Source of the DNA: Eledone cirrhosa
Lineage: Eukaryota
Assembly (NCBI GenBank): GCA_964016885.1
Contig: OZ024741.1
Location: forward strand, 346,022,001-346,086,000
DNA: 64,000 bases
Reading direction: 5' to 3'
A program made the position numbers and the translations under genes. The notes beneath the pieces are model-generated. The model did no database searches. It was not told the DNA's origin and saw nothing but the letters and a program-made list of their open reading frames with translations. Position 1 is the first letter of the stretch, and each line of letters starts with the position of its first letter. Of this stretch, positions 42,906-59,032 are shown piece after piece.

Positions 42906-43389
42906 GAAAATTTAAGTAAATAAAAAAAAAAATTTTTTTTAAATTTTTTTTAAAAAAATATTTTCTTATTTTACGTCCTTTATATTATTGTTCTGCATTC
43001 TCCCGCATTGAACCACCTAGGTACTATGACATAACCTGTGTATTTGCTGGCATGGGCGTGCATCTGTGCGCTTATGTTAGTTGATATATTAAATTATCTA
43101 TATTTATCTCCAAATCACTGATTTGTCGAGCAAACTTGTCAAAACCACTTCTAAAAAAATTTTTTTTTTTGGGGTGTTAGTAGGCGTCAGTCATCTTACC
43201 ATCCCATTCCTTCTAACTAGCCTCTGTGTCACGTGATTGATTCTTTAGAATCGGCCATTTGACTTGAAGCAGTGAGAATTTCGGTACATAGAATCCAGTC
43301 CTCGCAAGCTGTTCGATCTACCGAATTATTATTATTTTTATATGAGCCGCCAGTGTCCGCGCATTGCCTGGAGACTTAACTGAGAATAG

Positions 43390-43471
43390 ACTCCCTGATG
43401 ACGCAATGAATTCTCGACAGTTGGATTACGTAACTGTCTTTATCCCATTGCAGAAACTAATTAGTTGGAGT
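43390..43471 (+). ncRNA. Type I hammerhead (second tandem copy)
   Basis: Identical to 42824-42905; predicted cut after 43466. Confidence 0.85.
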
Positions 43472-43686
43472 GAAAATTTAAGTAAATAAAAAAAAATTTT
43501 TTTTAAATTTTTTTTCAAAAAATATTTTCTTATTTTACGTCCTTTATATTATTGTTCTGCATTCTCCCGCATTGAACCACCTAGGTACTATGACATAACC
43601 TGTGTATTTGCTGGCATGGGCGTGCATCTGTGCGCTTATGTTAGTTGATATATTAAATTATCTATATATATATATTTATATATATA

Positions 43687-43776
<90 letters not shown>

Positions 43777-44045
43777 CCTGTATATGTATATACACAGTTC
43801 AAGAGTAACCAATCTTAAAGAAAGAGAGAGATGGAGATAGGAGAGGAGAAGATAGATTGGTGAGTTAGTTAGAAGCCAAAAGCGTAAAGGCATGTGCTCA
43901 ATGTGCAATATGCAGTGGAAGGTAGCTAGGTGGGTGGGTTCATGCAGATGTTAGGTGCACTGAGCTGGAAATATTCATTAGTTAAGCAAAACAAGACCAC
44001 AAATTTCACAAGGAAGACATTATTTAAAGATTGTCAACATAGTTG

Positions 44046-44121
<76 letters not shown>

Positions 44122-44782
44122 TATATATAAATATATATATATACAAATATATATAGACATATATATAAATATATATATATATGTATGTATGCACACACAC
44201 ACTCACACACACACATACACTCATACACACCCACTCACATAAACATACCCCATCACATATATATATATAGGCGCATGCGTATGTTTGTATGTGTAGGAAG
44301 GTAAATCATCCTGAAATATTATGGTAGTCGATATACGCATCAAATAGGCAAAGTCCATTTGTTCTTTTAACATTCTCCAACGAACCATCAATGTATATTA
44401 AATCTTCAGGATAGCTTCGTCAAAATATATATTTTTCTCTTTCGTTTTCTTGTCGAATCATGTCAAAGTAGCATTGCTATATCTTTTCACATTTCCTAAC
44501 TTGAATAGGATTGTATTTTCAATGTCTGTATATTTTGTTGTTGTTATAATTTATAGCTGTTATAGTTTCTATATTGTCGAGTTTCGTTGGTTCTCCTTTG
44601 TGAGATAGATAATACAGCTGTCGTAAGAAATTATGCCATTTTATCAGAAATACCTGAGCCGTATCGTCTTGTTTGTATAACTAAAGAATGGTATATATTC
44701 TCTATTGTGCGTTAGAAATTAGAAGACAATTGGTGCTATAGAGAACTAAATGAAACTTTTTAAAATTGTTTCTATATAGTTT

Positions 44783-45402
<620 letters not shown>

Positions 45403-45825
45403 AATAAATCACGTGTACCTGGAGACGGAAGAATTAATCAAATCTAACGAAACAAACACTTAATTTCTGATCTGGGTTGAGTTTGTTTCGATAGTAAATA
45501 TTAGATCAACGCAGTGACCAGTCAAAGTAGACAAATCAAACAATACTGTAGATAACAGTATATACAGCATACCACATCATTTAAAGCGAAGCCTTACCAA
45601 ACGAGCGAACAAGACGCTTTTACATAGACTTTCATTCTGCTCAACATAGAAGCTAAATGTCCTTTAGATCACATCCCAGTGTGGATAATTTGACTCTGCG
45701 TTCCGTTCACATAGTAAAAACGAAGTCAAAGCTAGAATACATTTGATCTCATGTCTGCTCAATCAGGGATGACCTGCGGCTAAATAACATCATACAAACC
45801 ATACATTACTATACATTATATTAAA

Positions 45826-45930
45826 GGCCGAGGTTGACTTTGCCTTTCATCCTTACGGGGTCGATAAAATAAAGTACCAGTAATGCACTGGTTAATTGCT
45901 GGCCTTGTGCCAAAAGTAGAAACAATTATA
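45826..45930 (+). mobile_element. 5'-truncated major SINE
   Basis: gccgaggttgactttgcctttcatccttacggggtcgataaaataaagtaccag..agaaac. Confidence 0.85.
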
Positions 45931-46481
45931 TTAGAGAGAACAACTAACATCTAACTAATTACACGACAATATGACATACCATATTGTATGTGCTAATTTA
46001 GCAGCTATTCATTCAAGCTTCGAGAAATATCATCCAAATATTCGTGCAATCCCAGCATACAATGGGTGATCAACAAAAGGGAACATGATAGACAATGTTT
46101 CGTAAATGTACTAAAGAAAATAGGATGGGTGCATCTAGTAACTCTTTGATCATAGGTATACTCGATCATGGATGTCCTGTAGGCTAAACAAGAAGAACAT
46201 CAATACACCATATCATACCATAAGTCACAGATATGACACTATATCATACAATACCAGTCATCACCTGACAACACCAAACCAAACCAAACCAAACCAAACT
46301 ATATTATACTTTATAATAATTCTAAGAAAGAAATACACACACACGCACGCATGTCAACACACATAAATATACATACACTACCTATATACATACATACATG
46401 CACATACGCATGCACAAACACACGCACATATAAACATACACTACAAATATACATATATACATGCACACACACACACACACG

Positions 46482-46534
<53 letters not shown>

Positions 46535-46960
46535 CGAAAATGTTAAAAGATTGAAAAAATCATCGAAAGAATAATAATACAAATAAAACAAAGGAAAGGC
46601 GACGTTTTTAATATAAATGCTTATTTTTTCTGCTACAGAATATTCTGAGTCCTGTAGAAATTACGTTGCCAGAAGCTACATTGAATATCACTATTCCAGT
46701 TATCACTATTCAATTATCTTAAGACTAGCTCGAAATTTTACCTATTTTCCACATAATCTCCCACTGACATTCGCTCACCCTACATGCTTTCCTAGCTACA
46801 CACGTAATTACCTACTACATTTCTAACTACTCTCTTTTGTACCTTCCCATTTACATACCTCACTCCTTACCTACCTACCTACTTTCTATTCGAGCTACCT
46901 CAGTATGTATTTAGCCACATCTCTTTGCTCTCTCCCCCTCTCTTTCTTTCTTTCTTTCTT

Positions 46961-47022
<62 letters not shown>

Positions 47023-47111
47023 TCTCGTTCTCACTCCCTCTCTTTACACACACACACACATATATATGTATATACATTACACGTATATCTATCTATCTAT
47101 TTATCAACATA

Positions 47112-47193
<82 letters not shown>

Positions 47194-47242
47194 ATATTAT
47201 ATATATATATATTATATATATATATATTATATATATATATAT

Positions 47243-47276
<34 letters not shown>

Positions 47277-47385
47277 ATATATGTATATATATATAATATA
47301 TATGTATATATATATATATTATATATGTATATATATATATATACATATTTAATATATATATAAATATATACACATATATTATATA

Positions 47386-47418
<33 letters not shown>

Positions 47419-47454
47419 GTAATATATATATATATATATATGTCTGCGTATATG

Positions 47455-47499
<45 letters not shown>

Positions 47500-47522
47500 T
47501 ATTTATATATATATTTATATAT

Positions 47523-47595
<73 letters not shown>

Positions 47596-47607
47596 TATTT
47601 ATATATA

Positions 47608-47638
<31 letters not shown>

Positions 47639-47644
47639 GTCTGC

Positions 47645-47703
<59 letters not shown>

Positions 47704-47732
47704 TATATAATATATATATATATGTCTGCGTT

Positions 47733-47774
<42 letters not shown>

Positions 47775-47927
47775 CGTATATATATATGTCTGCGTATATC
47801 TAGGTGTGGGGGTAACTCAAAACGACAATCACATCCTCCATCAATGCATGAGGTATATGTGGAAAAAAGTGAAAAAAGAAAACACGCAAAAATGTAACGG
47901 CAACAACAACAACAACAACAACAACAC

Positions 47928-47959
<32 letters not shown>

Positions 47960-48100
47960 ACAACAGAAACGATATTGTAAAAACAATATAACTATATGAA
48001 CTGATAAAACTACTCCTGATAACTGGATGAAGGCAAATGCTATGTAGTAACAATCTACCTATAGTACTAGTTGTATCAAAAGTAGCAGCAACAGTGCTTA

Positions 48101-48310
48101 TTTGGCAACATCGGTAGAGCGTTGGACAAAATGCTTAGCGGCATAGAGTTATGACCCATTGCGTTCTGAGTTCAAATCTCCCGAATTTAGCGTTGCTTTT
48201 CATCCTTAAGGGGTCAATAAAATAACGTATCAGTGATGCACTGGGGTCGATTTACTCGACTTTCCCCTCCACTAAAATTACTGGCCCTTTGCCTAAATCA
48301 GAAACCCTTA
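48101..48310 (+). mobile_element. tRNA-derived SINE (major family)
   Basis: ttggcaacatcggtagag..gagttcaaatctc..tttcatcctt..gcctaaatcagaaacc. Confidence 0.85.
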
Positions 48311-48624
48311 TGATGATAATAATGGTTTCTTTTATAGGCACAATTGCTGGCCTTTAGCCTATATAAGAAACCCTTATTATCAACATCTGCTTTTCAAAGG
48401 TTTGGGTGTTATTGCTGAATATTTAGGACATCACGTCAAGCTTATAAGCTGGTTCTTCTCTCATTCAATAGACAAAACATTTCGAAGAATATGTCCTGTC
48501 CCTAAAAGCATTGATTTCTGAAGTGTACTCAACACATAATATATGTTCAGCTTTTGTTAACTTTTTTACTCCCACCTTTTCTCCCTTTAGAAATACTGTT
48601 GCTTGCATCACCCTCCTGTATTGG

Positions 48625-48720
48625 GCTACTTTGCACCTGAGGATGGTGAGGGAGACGCGCTGGAACAGCCACTTCAACTGGTGGCGCTCACTCTGACGAG
48701 AAGCCAACTCTGCCACAACA
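48625..48720 (-). mobile_element. 3' fragment of a CRE-like non-LTR retrotransposon
   Basis: ELASRQSERHQLKWLFQRVSLTILR resembles the CRE C-terminal motif FQRxSxxxxRGNA; homologous to 63620-63746. Confidence 0.6.
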
Positions 48721-50022
48721 TCAGTGACAGAAATGTGCCACTCTGAAATTGTCAGCGAAGAAATATACGAAGATTGTTTACAATGTTTTATATTTGAGTT
48801 TATTTCCTGCACTGTATCGTGCATCTTGTTTCTTAATAATGCTTCTCTACGAATATTTAGTATATCATTAATATCCACAAATAGAAAACATATAACAATC
48901 ACTAAAACATGTTTTTAGCATTAGATAGTTTCTATTAAAATATTCTCAAACCCAGGGGAAAATGAATACTTCCTATTTAGTGTAAGTTTGAAATTGAAAC
49001 CTGCTAGAGAAAATATCTTTACTGCTTTTCAGTGAAACTAAGTAGATAAGAGATATTGTTGACGAGGGCTTGGATTGTCAATCATCTGTCATTCGAACTT
49101 CGAAATACAATTGTTGCTTCATTCAAGCTGAAGCATTAAGTGACTGAATTTATTTTCTCAATACTTAATTATGTTTAATTCCATTCACATGGATCTTATT
49201 TCTGACAAATATAAGAAAACTACAACAAACATATCTTCCCATAAAGTACCTTAAGAATGATATCTTTTTCTACATGATACAGCTTACAGAAATCTAATAT
49301 TATATCAAATAAGATCTTTAAAGTCTTTGATCTTTTAAAATGTCAAAATTCTCTATTGATGTACAATCTTATCAATACTTTTCGAAACCACCTATTTGAA
49401 AACATCTCTTTTAGATATTTTAATTCTGCACGCATTACTCGATATTTCAAAACTCGGATCATTATCTCCTCACAGGTGAAAACTGATCTATATGGAGAGA
49501 TTGTGATTATGAACAAGCTTAGATATTGCATTATGTAATTTTATAAAATTTACGTACAGTACCGCCGATATGTGTATGTTAATAATCATTACTTCTGTTG
49601 TAGACGCAGACTTACTACATTTGGAATGAAGTATAGTGAGCGCTTACAGACATAGATTTGTAAATAAGATATATATTCCTTGATAGCTCATTTACATATG
49701 GTGTTCACTTGAACGGCTGGTATCAATAATCAATGACACTTACAACATTTTTTCAGAATAAAGGTTTTTCGTGAACTGTATACAGTATAGTAATGTATAA
49801 CATACATATAGTCTCAATATAAGAATTGTACCTTATCATTATATCACTTCTATCGAAACATTCATGTAAAATCGTCTCTATACATATGTGTGTCAACTCA
49901 CACAGAGAGAAAGGAATTTATTTGTACATTATTTAGTGCAGTCGTATGAGTGATGATTTATTTAAAGAGGTTGAACAACGGTGGTAGTTGTTCAGCCTAC
50001 GAACACACAAACACTCATATGC

Positions 50023-50135
<113 letters not shown>

Positions 50136-50287
50136 CATACTTATATCGAGTTATTTGTATCACCAGATACCACAATCGATATAATGTCAAGCAGAATTAA
50201 TTTACGGCATTTATTTTCCGCAGAAACAAGTGTGTATGTAATAGAATTGTGTAACTTCATCGTGATTTTTTATCAATACATGTATGG

Positions 50288-50414
<127 letters not shown>

Positions 50415-51134
50415 TGCATATATATATATATAAAACTATATATATATATGAATATATATAAATACATACATACACACACATACATACACACATATATATA
50501 TATATATATATGCATACGCGTGTGCGTGTGTGTGTGCATATGTGTGAAAATAAACATATTATATATCACGTTTAAGCCTCTTTGATACTTCAGAAGCCAG
50601 TCGTTTAGAAAGACCCTGATCGGAAACACTTCAGTACCCACCACACTGCGTGATCAAACACTTGATACATGATATTACACGAGATACCACTTCTATAACA
50701 ACCACAGCAACATTTTCTTATGATGAATTAAATATAAAACCCTGGAATCTCTATGAGACAAAGGCATTTTGTACAACACTAATATATTCTATGAATATTT
50801 TATATAAGGACTGGTCTGTACAAAGTTCCCATCTTATACCAAAACATATTTAATGCAAACATACTCTGTGCCTTCTCATACAATTTTCAATATCGTAAGA
50901 CATATTTCATCTATGTATGTGTTTCCCCATTAAATATATCTAAAGAACATAACTCGAGTAATAAGAAAAATTACAGAAGCATGATCCCTTCCCACTTCCT
51001 CTCTTTTTTCCAGTGACTTCTAATCTTTTCACATAAGCAGCCATTTTGAATTGTCCTGAAGGCTGAATAATGTCATTGAAAATTGATACTGTGTATAGTT
51101 GCAATATCAGCAGAATTTACTGAAGATTTAGGAC

Positions 51135-51223
<89 letters not shown>

Positions 51224-51319
51224 ATACATATATATATATACATATATACATAGATGGAAACATACATATTTACATAGATATATCCATACATATATACATC
51301 TATTATGGAGAGAGAGAGC

Positions 51320-51385
<66 letters not shown>

Positions 51386-53086
51386 CTATAGGTTTATGAA
51401 TATTTTCTGATTACTCTGTGCGTGTTATATTTGTAGATTTAGCGCTTGAAGGTTGCAGTAAATTTGGATATGTCAAGATTCAGTCAAGATTCAGTGATGA
51501 TTAAGGTCTTGTGTATCGGTAATTCTATAGATTACGATCCTATCCCTTTCATTTTCTGTGTAATGTGGTTATATATGTGATTGTGTATGAGAGTATGTCA
51601 ACGTCATTAAGAGTTTGTGTTCGAGTGTGAATATTTACGTGTGTTTTCGTTCGTGTTTCTGTGTATGCGTAGTGTCGACTGACTTTCAGTTAATTATCTG
51701 AAAAGTGACGTAGTGATATAGATGCTACAGAATTTAAAGATATCTTCTGGTTATTTGATTTCATATATTGCATCAAAAATGATAGTGGTCCCTGTTGTTC
51801 GTACAGTATTATTGAAGATGCGTTGCAAATGTTCCATCCTCAGTACTGTCGTCGAAATTATACATATAAGGTAAAACTATAATTGTATCAATTATGTTTT
51901 CATCAATTCAATTTCTTATTTATAGTCAAAACTGATACAATTACAAATAATATTTCTTTCTATTATTCTAAATGTCAGCTAATTCATTAGACATTTCAAA
52001 TGTGGATCTCCTTCAGTAAAATTCACAGTATAACGATGTTTTAAAGAAGCCACCTATCTCTGTAGCGGGGAGAAATATCGGACATACGTGGTGGTTCCGG
52101 TATAACTATTGGACATCGGCATAAGAACAATATAGAGGGAAATTACATTGCAAGTGAAATATTAAAAGAAAACTTATTGTAAGCCGTAAGGTAGTAAATA
52201 ATTGTTTATGTTCCCAAAATAAATATCCCCTATTTACTATCTTCAATATAGCCCTTGCCATTACAATTCTAACGGGAAAGTATATCTGTTCAATAATGTA
52301 TTCATATCAAAATTACACTATGCATAGTCAAAGTTGTATCTCGTTATTAAACTCACTTAAGTTGAGTAATGAAAGGCTAACGAAAATAGTTACAAATTAT
52401 ACATCAAATTTTATATTTCTGTCGATGAACATCTTCATGTTGTATTGCCATTTTATTTTGTAATCATCTATGTCATTACATCTGGGAGAAGTGTAATGAA
52501 AGGCTAAAGAGAATATCTATGGCTTTAAATCTATTACTGTATCTCCACAGAGCAGCAGGAAGAATTGCTGTATACGGACATTGTTGTTACAGTTTAGGTT
52601 GCTGTTGCGTTAGAACTGCAACTTATCTATATTCCTCTATATCCTGCATATTGTGATGAACAGAGTGGCGTATATTCTGTCTGTGGTAAGCCGCTACAGA
52701 ATAGACACACTACATATGCAACGTTCTGTTATCAGCATAATTTTCATTGCTGTTTAGTAGAATGTGATTAATTTGAAGCGTATCTACCGAAAACAAAGAA
52801 ATCTATAAAAAAAGATGTATAATAACGATTAATTGTATAAATGGGTACATCTGTAGTTCTCGGTGATAGTAACAAATGATCGTTTGTAATTCACTACGTA
52901 AGAAATATCACAATGTTCTGCAATCGAAGGATAAAGTCTCATTGAAGAAGAATATTCCACAACACTTGCACATATACACATATTTACATGCATACAAACA
53001 CACATACCTATGCACCCATAGAAACACATAAACTCATACACACACACACACACACACACAGACACACACACACAGACACACACACA

Positions 53087-53174
<88 letters not shown>

Positions 53175-56100
53175 AATATATATATATATATATAATATAT
53201 GTGTGTGTGTATGTGTGGCTGTGTACATATAATGTGGGCTCCCGCGCAGTTTCCAACAGCAGAGCCTACTAACAAGCTATCATTCATCCTACTCTATGCC
53301 AGCAATAAATGACTTATCAGCAACGGCACGAAGTGCATTTGAACAGAGGAACCCTTTGCTGCGAGGGAAAATTCTACAGATATATCTGGGTGATGGTTCT
53401 AAATTAAGAATTTCCAGTCAATGATTATGTTCGGCCATAGCATGTGTAACAAGACGGTGGTGCAACGTTCAAAAGGTTTCCTGGCGATGCCATATGCACA
53501 GATTGAAATGTAATTGGCAAGTCGCAAGTTTGCTTAATGACATTATTCCTTCTTGAACAATAAATATTAAATGTTAGATGTAAGGTAGAATGTTTCATAT
53601 CCTCCCAGTACGTAGTTGGCTGGCAGACGTGAGGGTAATTGGGCTTCGGTGTATGCAGGAGAACTGATTCGTTAAATTTTCAATAGTTGATGCATTCGTA
53701 TATTTCGTTAGAGATACTAGATGCATGTTCAAGAATGTTCATGAAATATGAAACCCAGAGTAGTTGTAGAATGAAATCTTAGAATCGAATACATAAACGA
53801 AATTAAAGACATGTACGTGTCATTTCTGGCTTGTACATTCAATATATCGTAGGAATGTGTGCTGCATGTAATATTATTTGGTGTTATGAAATTTAATTAA
53901 AGATTTCATAAGGCAGTTGAGTTAAGTATAGGCATAAATCCTTTACCACATAATAGGTGTTTCACAAGAAAACATTCCACAAATCCAGAGTATGTGTGAA
54001 TTGGTACTTCACTCGATATCACTTCACAAGCTTTTACTGGAATAGTTTTGACAGTATTCTAACAGCCAAGATATGTGACAATCAAATCCATTTAACATAT
54101 GTTGATGATTTATATAAGTAGTTGTTCAAGATACGAAACAATTACTGTACAAGAAGTCATTAACACGCCATTCCGTATTTGCATTATAGCACGAATTGAA
54201 AGTTAATAACAACTTTTGTTTCTCGGAAGTTAATATCCACGCACACATCTCCCGCAGCAATACAATATAAATTAAACTTACAAATAATTCGGTTTACCTA
54301 ATTACAAATAATAAGTGTCCTCTTTAGTATAGAATGTCCGTCGTAAAATTGCTATTCTGAAGATCATCTTAATGTGTTCCGTGTTACAACTTTTCAATCT
54401 AAAATTTTCCAGAACTAAGCAAGTATTGCTAAATAATGGATATAACAATAGACTCGTCGATAGTATTAATTAAAAAATAAACACTAGTAATACACAATTC
54501 ATATAATAAGCAAGACGTCACATAATGTACATAGAATATATATTACAAACTCCTTTCCAGCAAAAAAAAGAAAAGTAACTAAATACATGATGCCATTAGC
54601 GGGAATATGTTAACATATACCCAAAGCATTAACTGGTAAGCTAGACTCAAATCTATTATACTTCATTGCTACAGGGTTGAAGAGATATTTGCAATAATTG
54701 CAACATGACTAGATAATTTTTCTATGTCTTCGTGACAGATTTTGTTGGACACGTAAGGCTGGTGGATATATATTGTGGTCGAAAACAAGGCTATCGATTA
54801 ATCTTATAATAAGTAAATAAATAATTTGACCAATTATTGAATAGTAATTCACAACTTAGCATAAGTAATATATACATCGCTAAAAGGAGTTAAGACAAAC
54901 AAACAAACAATCAAACACACAAAACAAAACAAAAATCAACACTTGCATGATAATAGCAGATTTATTTCCTGATTAACAGTTGCTCGTCCTGGAACAAAAA
55001 TACGACAAGTTTTACTGTCCTATCTAGCAGACGTTACCGATGGTTGTGATGTATTTAAGTAGTTTTCACTGTATATCAGAGATATTTCAAATCTCATTAA
55101 TTCACCTGATCATTTGAACATTTCGAGATGTGTCGTCATTGAACCATGCCATCTATTAAATAACGTCATCGTCAATGAATGATTTATTGAAAGTAATCAA
55201 AATAGTAAAGCCAACCGGATGTTGTACATCATACTGGATGATTGTAATATAATTTACGGACAATAGGATACAACACTTTATTTCTACAGTTGAACACAAT
55301 AATATATATATATATAATTAAAACAATGCTGGCTCTGATGATCATAAGAGTAGCATGCATGAATGTGTGCGTTTGTGGTGTAAATGTTTATTTATATGAT
55401 TATGAATATGCATATATCTATATATAATTGCAATGTACGATTAGATATTGGGGCATGCTGGTATGAACATGTGTATATATCTATATCTATATGTGAGTAG
55501 ATTTATAGGCAAGTATCTCTCTCTGCTTATGGAACTAAAACTTATAGTACACTCTGCAAATAGATGCCCTATATGACAAGCTATAATAACTTACAAATCT
55601 GTAGTATATGTCCGACAAAACATTAGGCATTTTTCGCATCAATTATTAATATCTGTATAATCCGTAATTGAAATATGAAAACATTACCTCTTAAATACAA
55701 ATGTAAACTAATAGGTAAACAACAATCTAATCTAGTCTAATCTGGCTGAGTTTACAAATAAGAAGAATCAGGGCCGCCCCTAGCAGCATTGGATTTGGTG
55801 TACTTCATATTTGTTTTGGTACCACTACCATCACCACTAATTCACTGAATCACATACACTATATATATATATAATCTAATCTGGCCGAGTTTACTCTTGC
55901 AGAACCGCCCCTAGGAGCATTGAATTTGGTATACTTCATATTTGGTTTCTGAATACAATCAGGGGTCGCTGCTTCTCCTGAAGGTCACTAGTTCTCTTCT
56001 AACTTGAGCATGAGCGCCTTTCCATTATCAATTTGCATTGATCATCTGCAAAGCCGCATTGTTCTTAGAACCACTACACCAGACTTTCTATGCGTGCATC

Positions 56101-56179
56101 TGGAACTACTGCCACCCATTGATTTGGCAGGTTTTTTTTCTTTTTTCTTTAGATCGCCGTTGACTCTTATGAGTCCTTC

Positions 56180-56341
56180 CGCCCTTTGTCAGGTTTTGTT
56201 TTTTGTCCTGCAGGGTGTCCAAAATCATCCTCCTTACAAAGTAAACATGGTGGAGTTGCCCTTTTATTCGCCGACGACCCGACCATGCGACAGACTGTAC
56301 TGGGTTACACGCTACCAGTAGCACCAGAGAGTGACCTGACA
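56180..56341 (-). mobile_element. 5' end of the RTE-like family seen at 5656
   Basis: Reverse complement starts tgtcaggtcac.. and aligns with 5655-5815 through cctgcagga..aaaacaaaacctg.caaaggg. Confidence 0.8.
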
Positions 56342-56477
56342 TTAAACAACAACGAGTCGCACATTTCTCAAAAGAAGTGTAACTCTCCGAAGTCGCCCCA
56401 AAGCATTATCTACCTCACGCTATACCACAAGTACAAAACCACACAGTTAGCAAAATAAAAAGAAACCTATGTTGCTG

Positions 56478-56547
<70 letters not shown>

Positions 56548-56569
56548 AGTAGCAATGATATTAACGGGT

Positions 56570-57330
56570 TATTTCTTTTGTCACAAAACCGACAAAATAT
56601 ATAACAAAATAAATTCCCGAATAGGGCGAGCGAACTACTCAGGGGCGACTCAGGTACCACGCCAATCCTGAATAATCCGAGGCTTTGAGGGCAGCCGGGA
56701 AGAGCACCCCTCTCCTCCTCAAATTATCCATCTTACAGGTACATGCTCAGAGTAGACCCATTTAACCCGGCCATTATCGCTACATTCACTCACTGTTTAG
56801 CAAATGAACTGGGGTATGAGGCAGCATTTCTCTCTCCAGCCTCTCCTTCCTTTCCATGTCAAACATGAAAAAGTTGATGAGGGATTGCCAGAAGAGAAAA
56901 TCGTCTATTTTAAGTGCTATCAAACTATTCCACAATAGAACCTCTTTCGTTACTGCCACCAGATAGAAGAAAACTATCCAAAAGAAGGCGGCGGGGCGAT
57001 CTTCACTATGGACTCGTTCGATAACCGGATCCGTTCTACACGCGACAACATCATTTCCAAATAACCCCATAAGTCACTGCACGGACACTGGATGAGTGGG
57101 TGCAGATTGGTTTGGTCACTTTTCGTGCATCTCAGGCATGTCCGTCTGACAGAAGTTCCGCGCTTCTAGAGTTCATTTCGAACCCCCCCCCCCCCGGTAA
57201 CACTGCGAAGCAAGGAATTTCTGGAAATTATCCGTTGTCCACGGTTCGAAAGTCCTTCGGAACAGTCTAGTCAGTTCGACTTCGTCGAGGTCCAAAGACT
57301 CTCTGAATGCAACGTCGCACTTGTCCACTT
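56570..57330 (-). mobile_element. Decayed 3' part of an L1/Tx1-type LINE ORF2
   Basis: TDNFQKFLASQCYRG (zf-RVT-like), H.LIQCP Cys-His knuckle remnant, VAVTKEVLLW..SLINFF..RKERLER; next to (CTA)n at about 56475-56547. Confidence 0.55.
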
Positions 57331-57519
57331 CTTGAGAAGTACAAACAAATAGGGGTTGTAATCCGGGCGGACCATTTGCAGAAAACAACATTACTTGGAA
57401 CGTATCCAATACTCCGGAACGTGCTTGAAAAGACTAAGGGGTGTTACCTCAGTTCACTGGCAGTGAACAGCTCACACTGTAATACATCACCAATGTTAGA
57501 AGCTGATCAAAAAGACATA

Positions 57520-57666
57520 ATAATTGTTTCTACTTTTGGCACAAGGCCAGCAATTACCCAGTATATTACTGGTACTTTATTTTATCGACCCCGTAAGGAT
57601 GAAAGGCAGAGTTAACCTTGGCGGGATTTGAACTCAGACCATAAAGGGCCGTAACTCTTTGCTGCA
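57520..57666 (-). mobile_element. tRNA-derived SINE (major family, head truncated)
   Basis: gtttctacttttggcacaaggccagcaatt..tggtactttattttatcgacccc..gggatttgaactcag. Confidence 0.85.
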
Positions 57667-57667
57667 A

Positions 57668-58211
57668 AATAATGATGATCAGATTAAGCTTATGATGTTG
57701 GTGGTGAGGTTGATGCTGCTGATCACAATGAAAATAATGATGAGGGTTATGGATATGTTGATGATGACGATTAGAAGGATTGAGTTGGTGAACGTGGTGC
57801 TACTGCTGCTGATGATGATGATAATAGTGCGGGTGATGATGATCAAGACGATGATGATCATATAGGTGGAGGTGATGGTGGTCGCGTTGATGCTGGTGGA
57901 GGGGATGGTAGTGGTGTTGGTGATAATGATCATAATGATATTGAGAATAATGTTGAGGATGATTATGATGATGTTGTTGATGGTGATTACGATGATTATA
58001 ATAATAGGCCCTTTACCTTAAGTTCCTTTTCTCCATGGTTTTGAAAATCCCTATCTACTTTGATGAGAAACGTCAAAATTCAGTGCTTGAGCTTTTTTCT
58101 AACGGCTACGAAATTGTTCAGAAAATAGAACATAGAATAGAAGAAACGAGAGTGCGCGATGAGAAAGGAATAGGAGAGAAAGAATATACTACTGCTACTA
58201 CTACTACTACA

Positions 58212-58257
<46 letters not shown>

Positions 58258-58660
58258 AATAATAATAACAACAACAAAAACAACAACAACAACAACGTTG
58301 ATAAGGAGGTAGAAACGATTTTTTTTCGCCTTTTAAGGACTTCTAAACCCACGTCACATATCTGACATTGAAGAAATATTTCAAAAAGCTCCCCCCTCAT
58401 CAAAAGAAAAGAAAACATGAAGGAAAAAAAAAGGAACTGTATCTGACACACAATGGAGCGTGCACGTTGTTAAAGTAACGTTTGGTATTATAGCATTAAC
58501 ATCACACAACGATGGTGTAGTGATGACTTCGATGATAATGGATGGTTTTGATGAGGATGATGATGATGACGATGATGATGACGACGATGACGATGATGAT
58601 GATTGTTATGATGATGGCGATGGTGATTACGATGAAAATGATGAGGATTTTCATGATGAC

Positions 58661-58691
<31 letters not shown>

Positions 58692-58946
58692 ATGAGGATG
58701 ATGAAGATGGTTATGTTGATTGTCGTGATGATTGTTATGATGATGGTTATGGTGATGATTATGATGACGGTGATGATTGTTATGATGATGATGATGATGG
58801 TGATGGTGATGATGATAATGGTGATGATCATGATGATGATTTTGATGACGACGACGATGATGATGATGATGATGATGATGATGGTTATGAACATTGTCGC
58901 GATGATTGTTATGATGATGGTTATGATTATGATGATGATGATGATA
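57668..58946. repeat. Degenerate trinucleotide fields: (GAT)n at 57668-58000 and 58520-58946, (CTA)n/(CAA)n at 58186-58296
   Basis: Directly visible; gives poly-D/M/I pseudo-ORFs in every frame. Confidence 0.9.
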
Positions 58947-58975
58947 AAATCATATCCAGATGTATCAAACCATCA

Positions 58976-59032
<57 letters not shown>

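Larger units (their letters stand above)
42155..43665 (+). mobile_element. ORF-less retrozyme-like element: inverted arm (42155-42588) plus about 1.9 tandem copies of a 566-bp hammerhead unit
   Basis: ggggtgttag at 42605 and 43171; CTGATGA at 42829 and 43395. Copies look identical apart from the A/T homopolymer tracts. TA runs on both sides. Confidence 0.88.
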
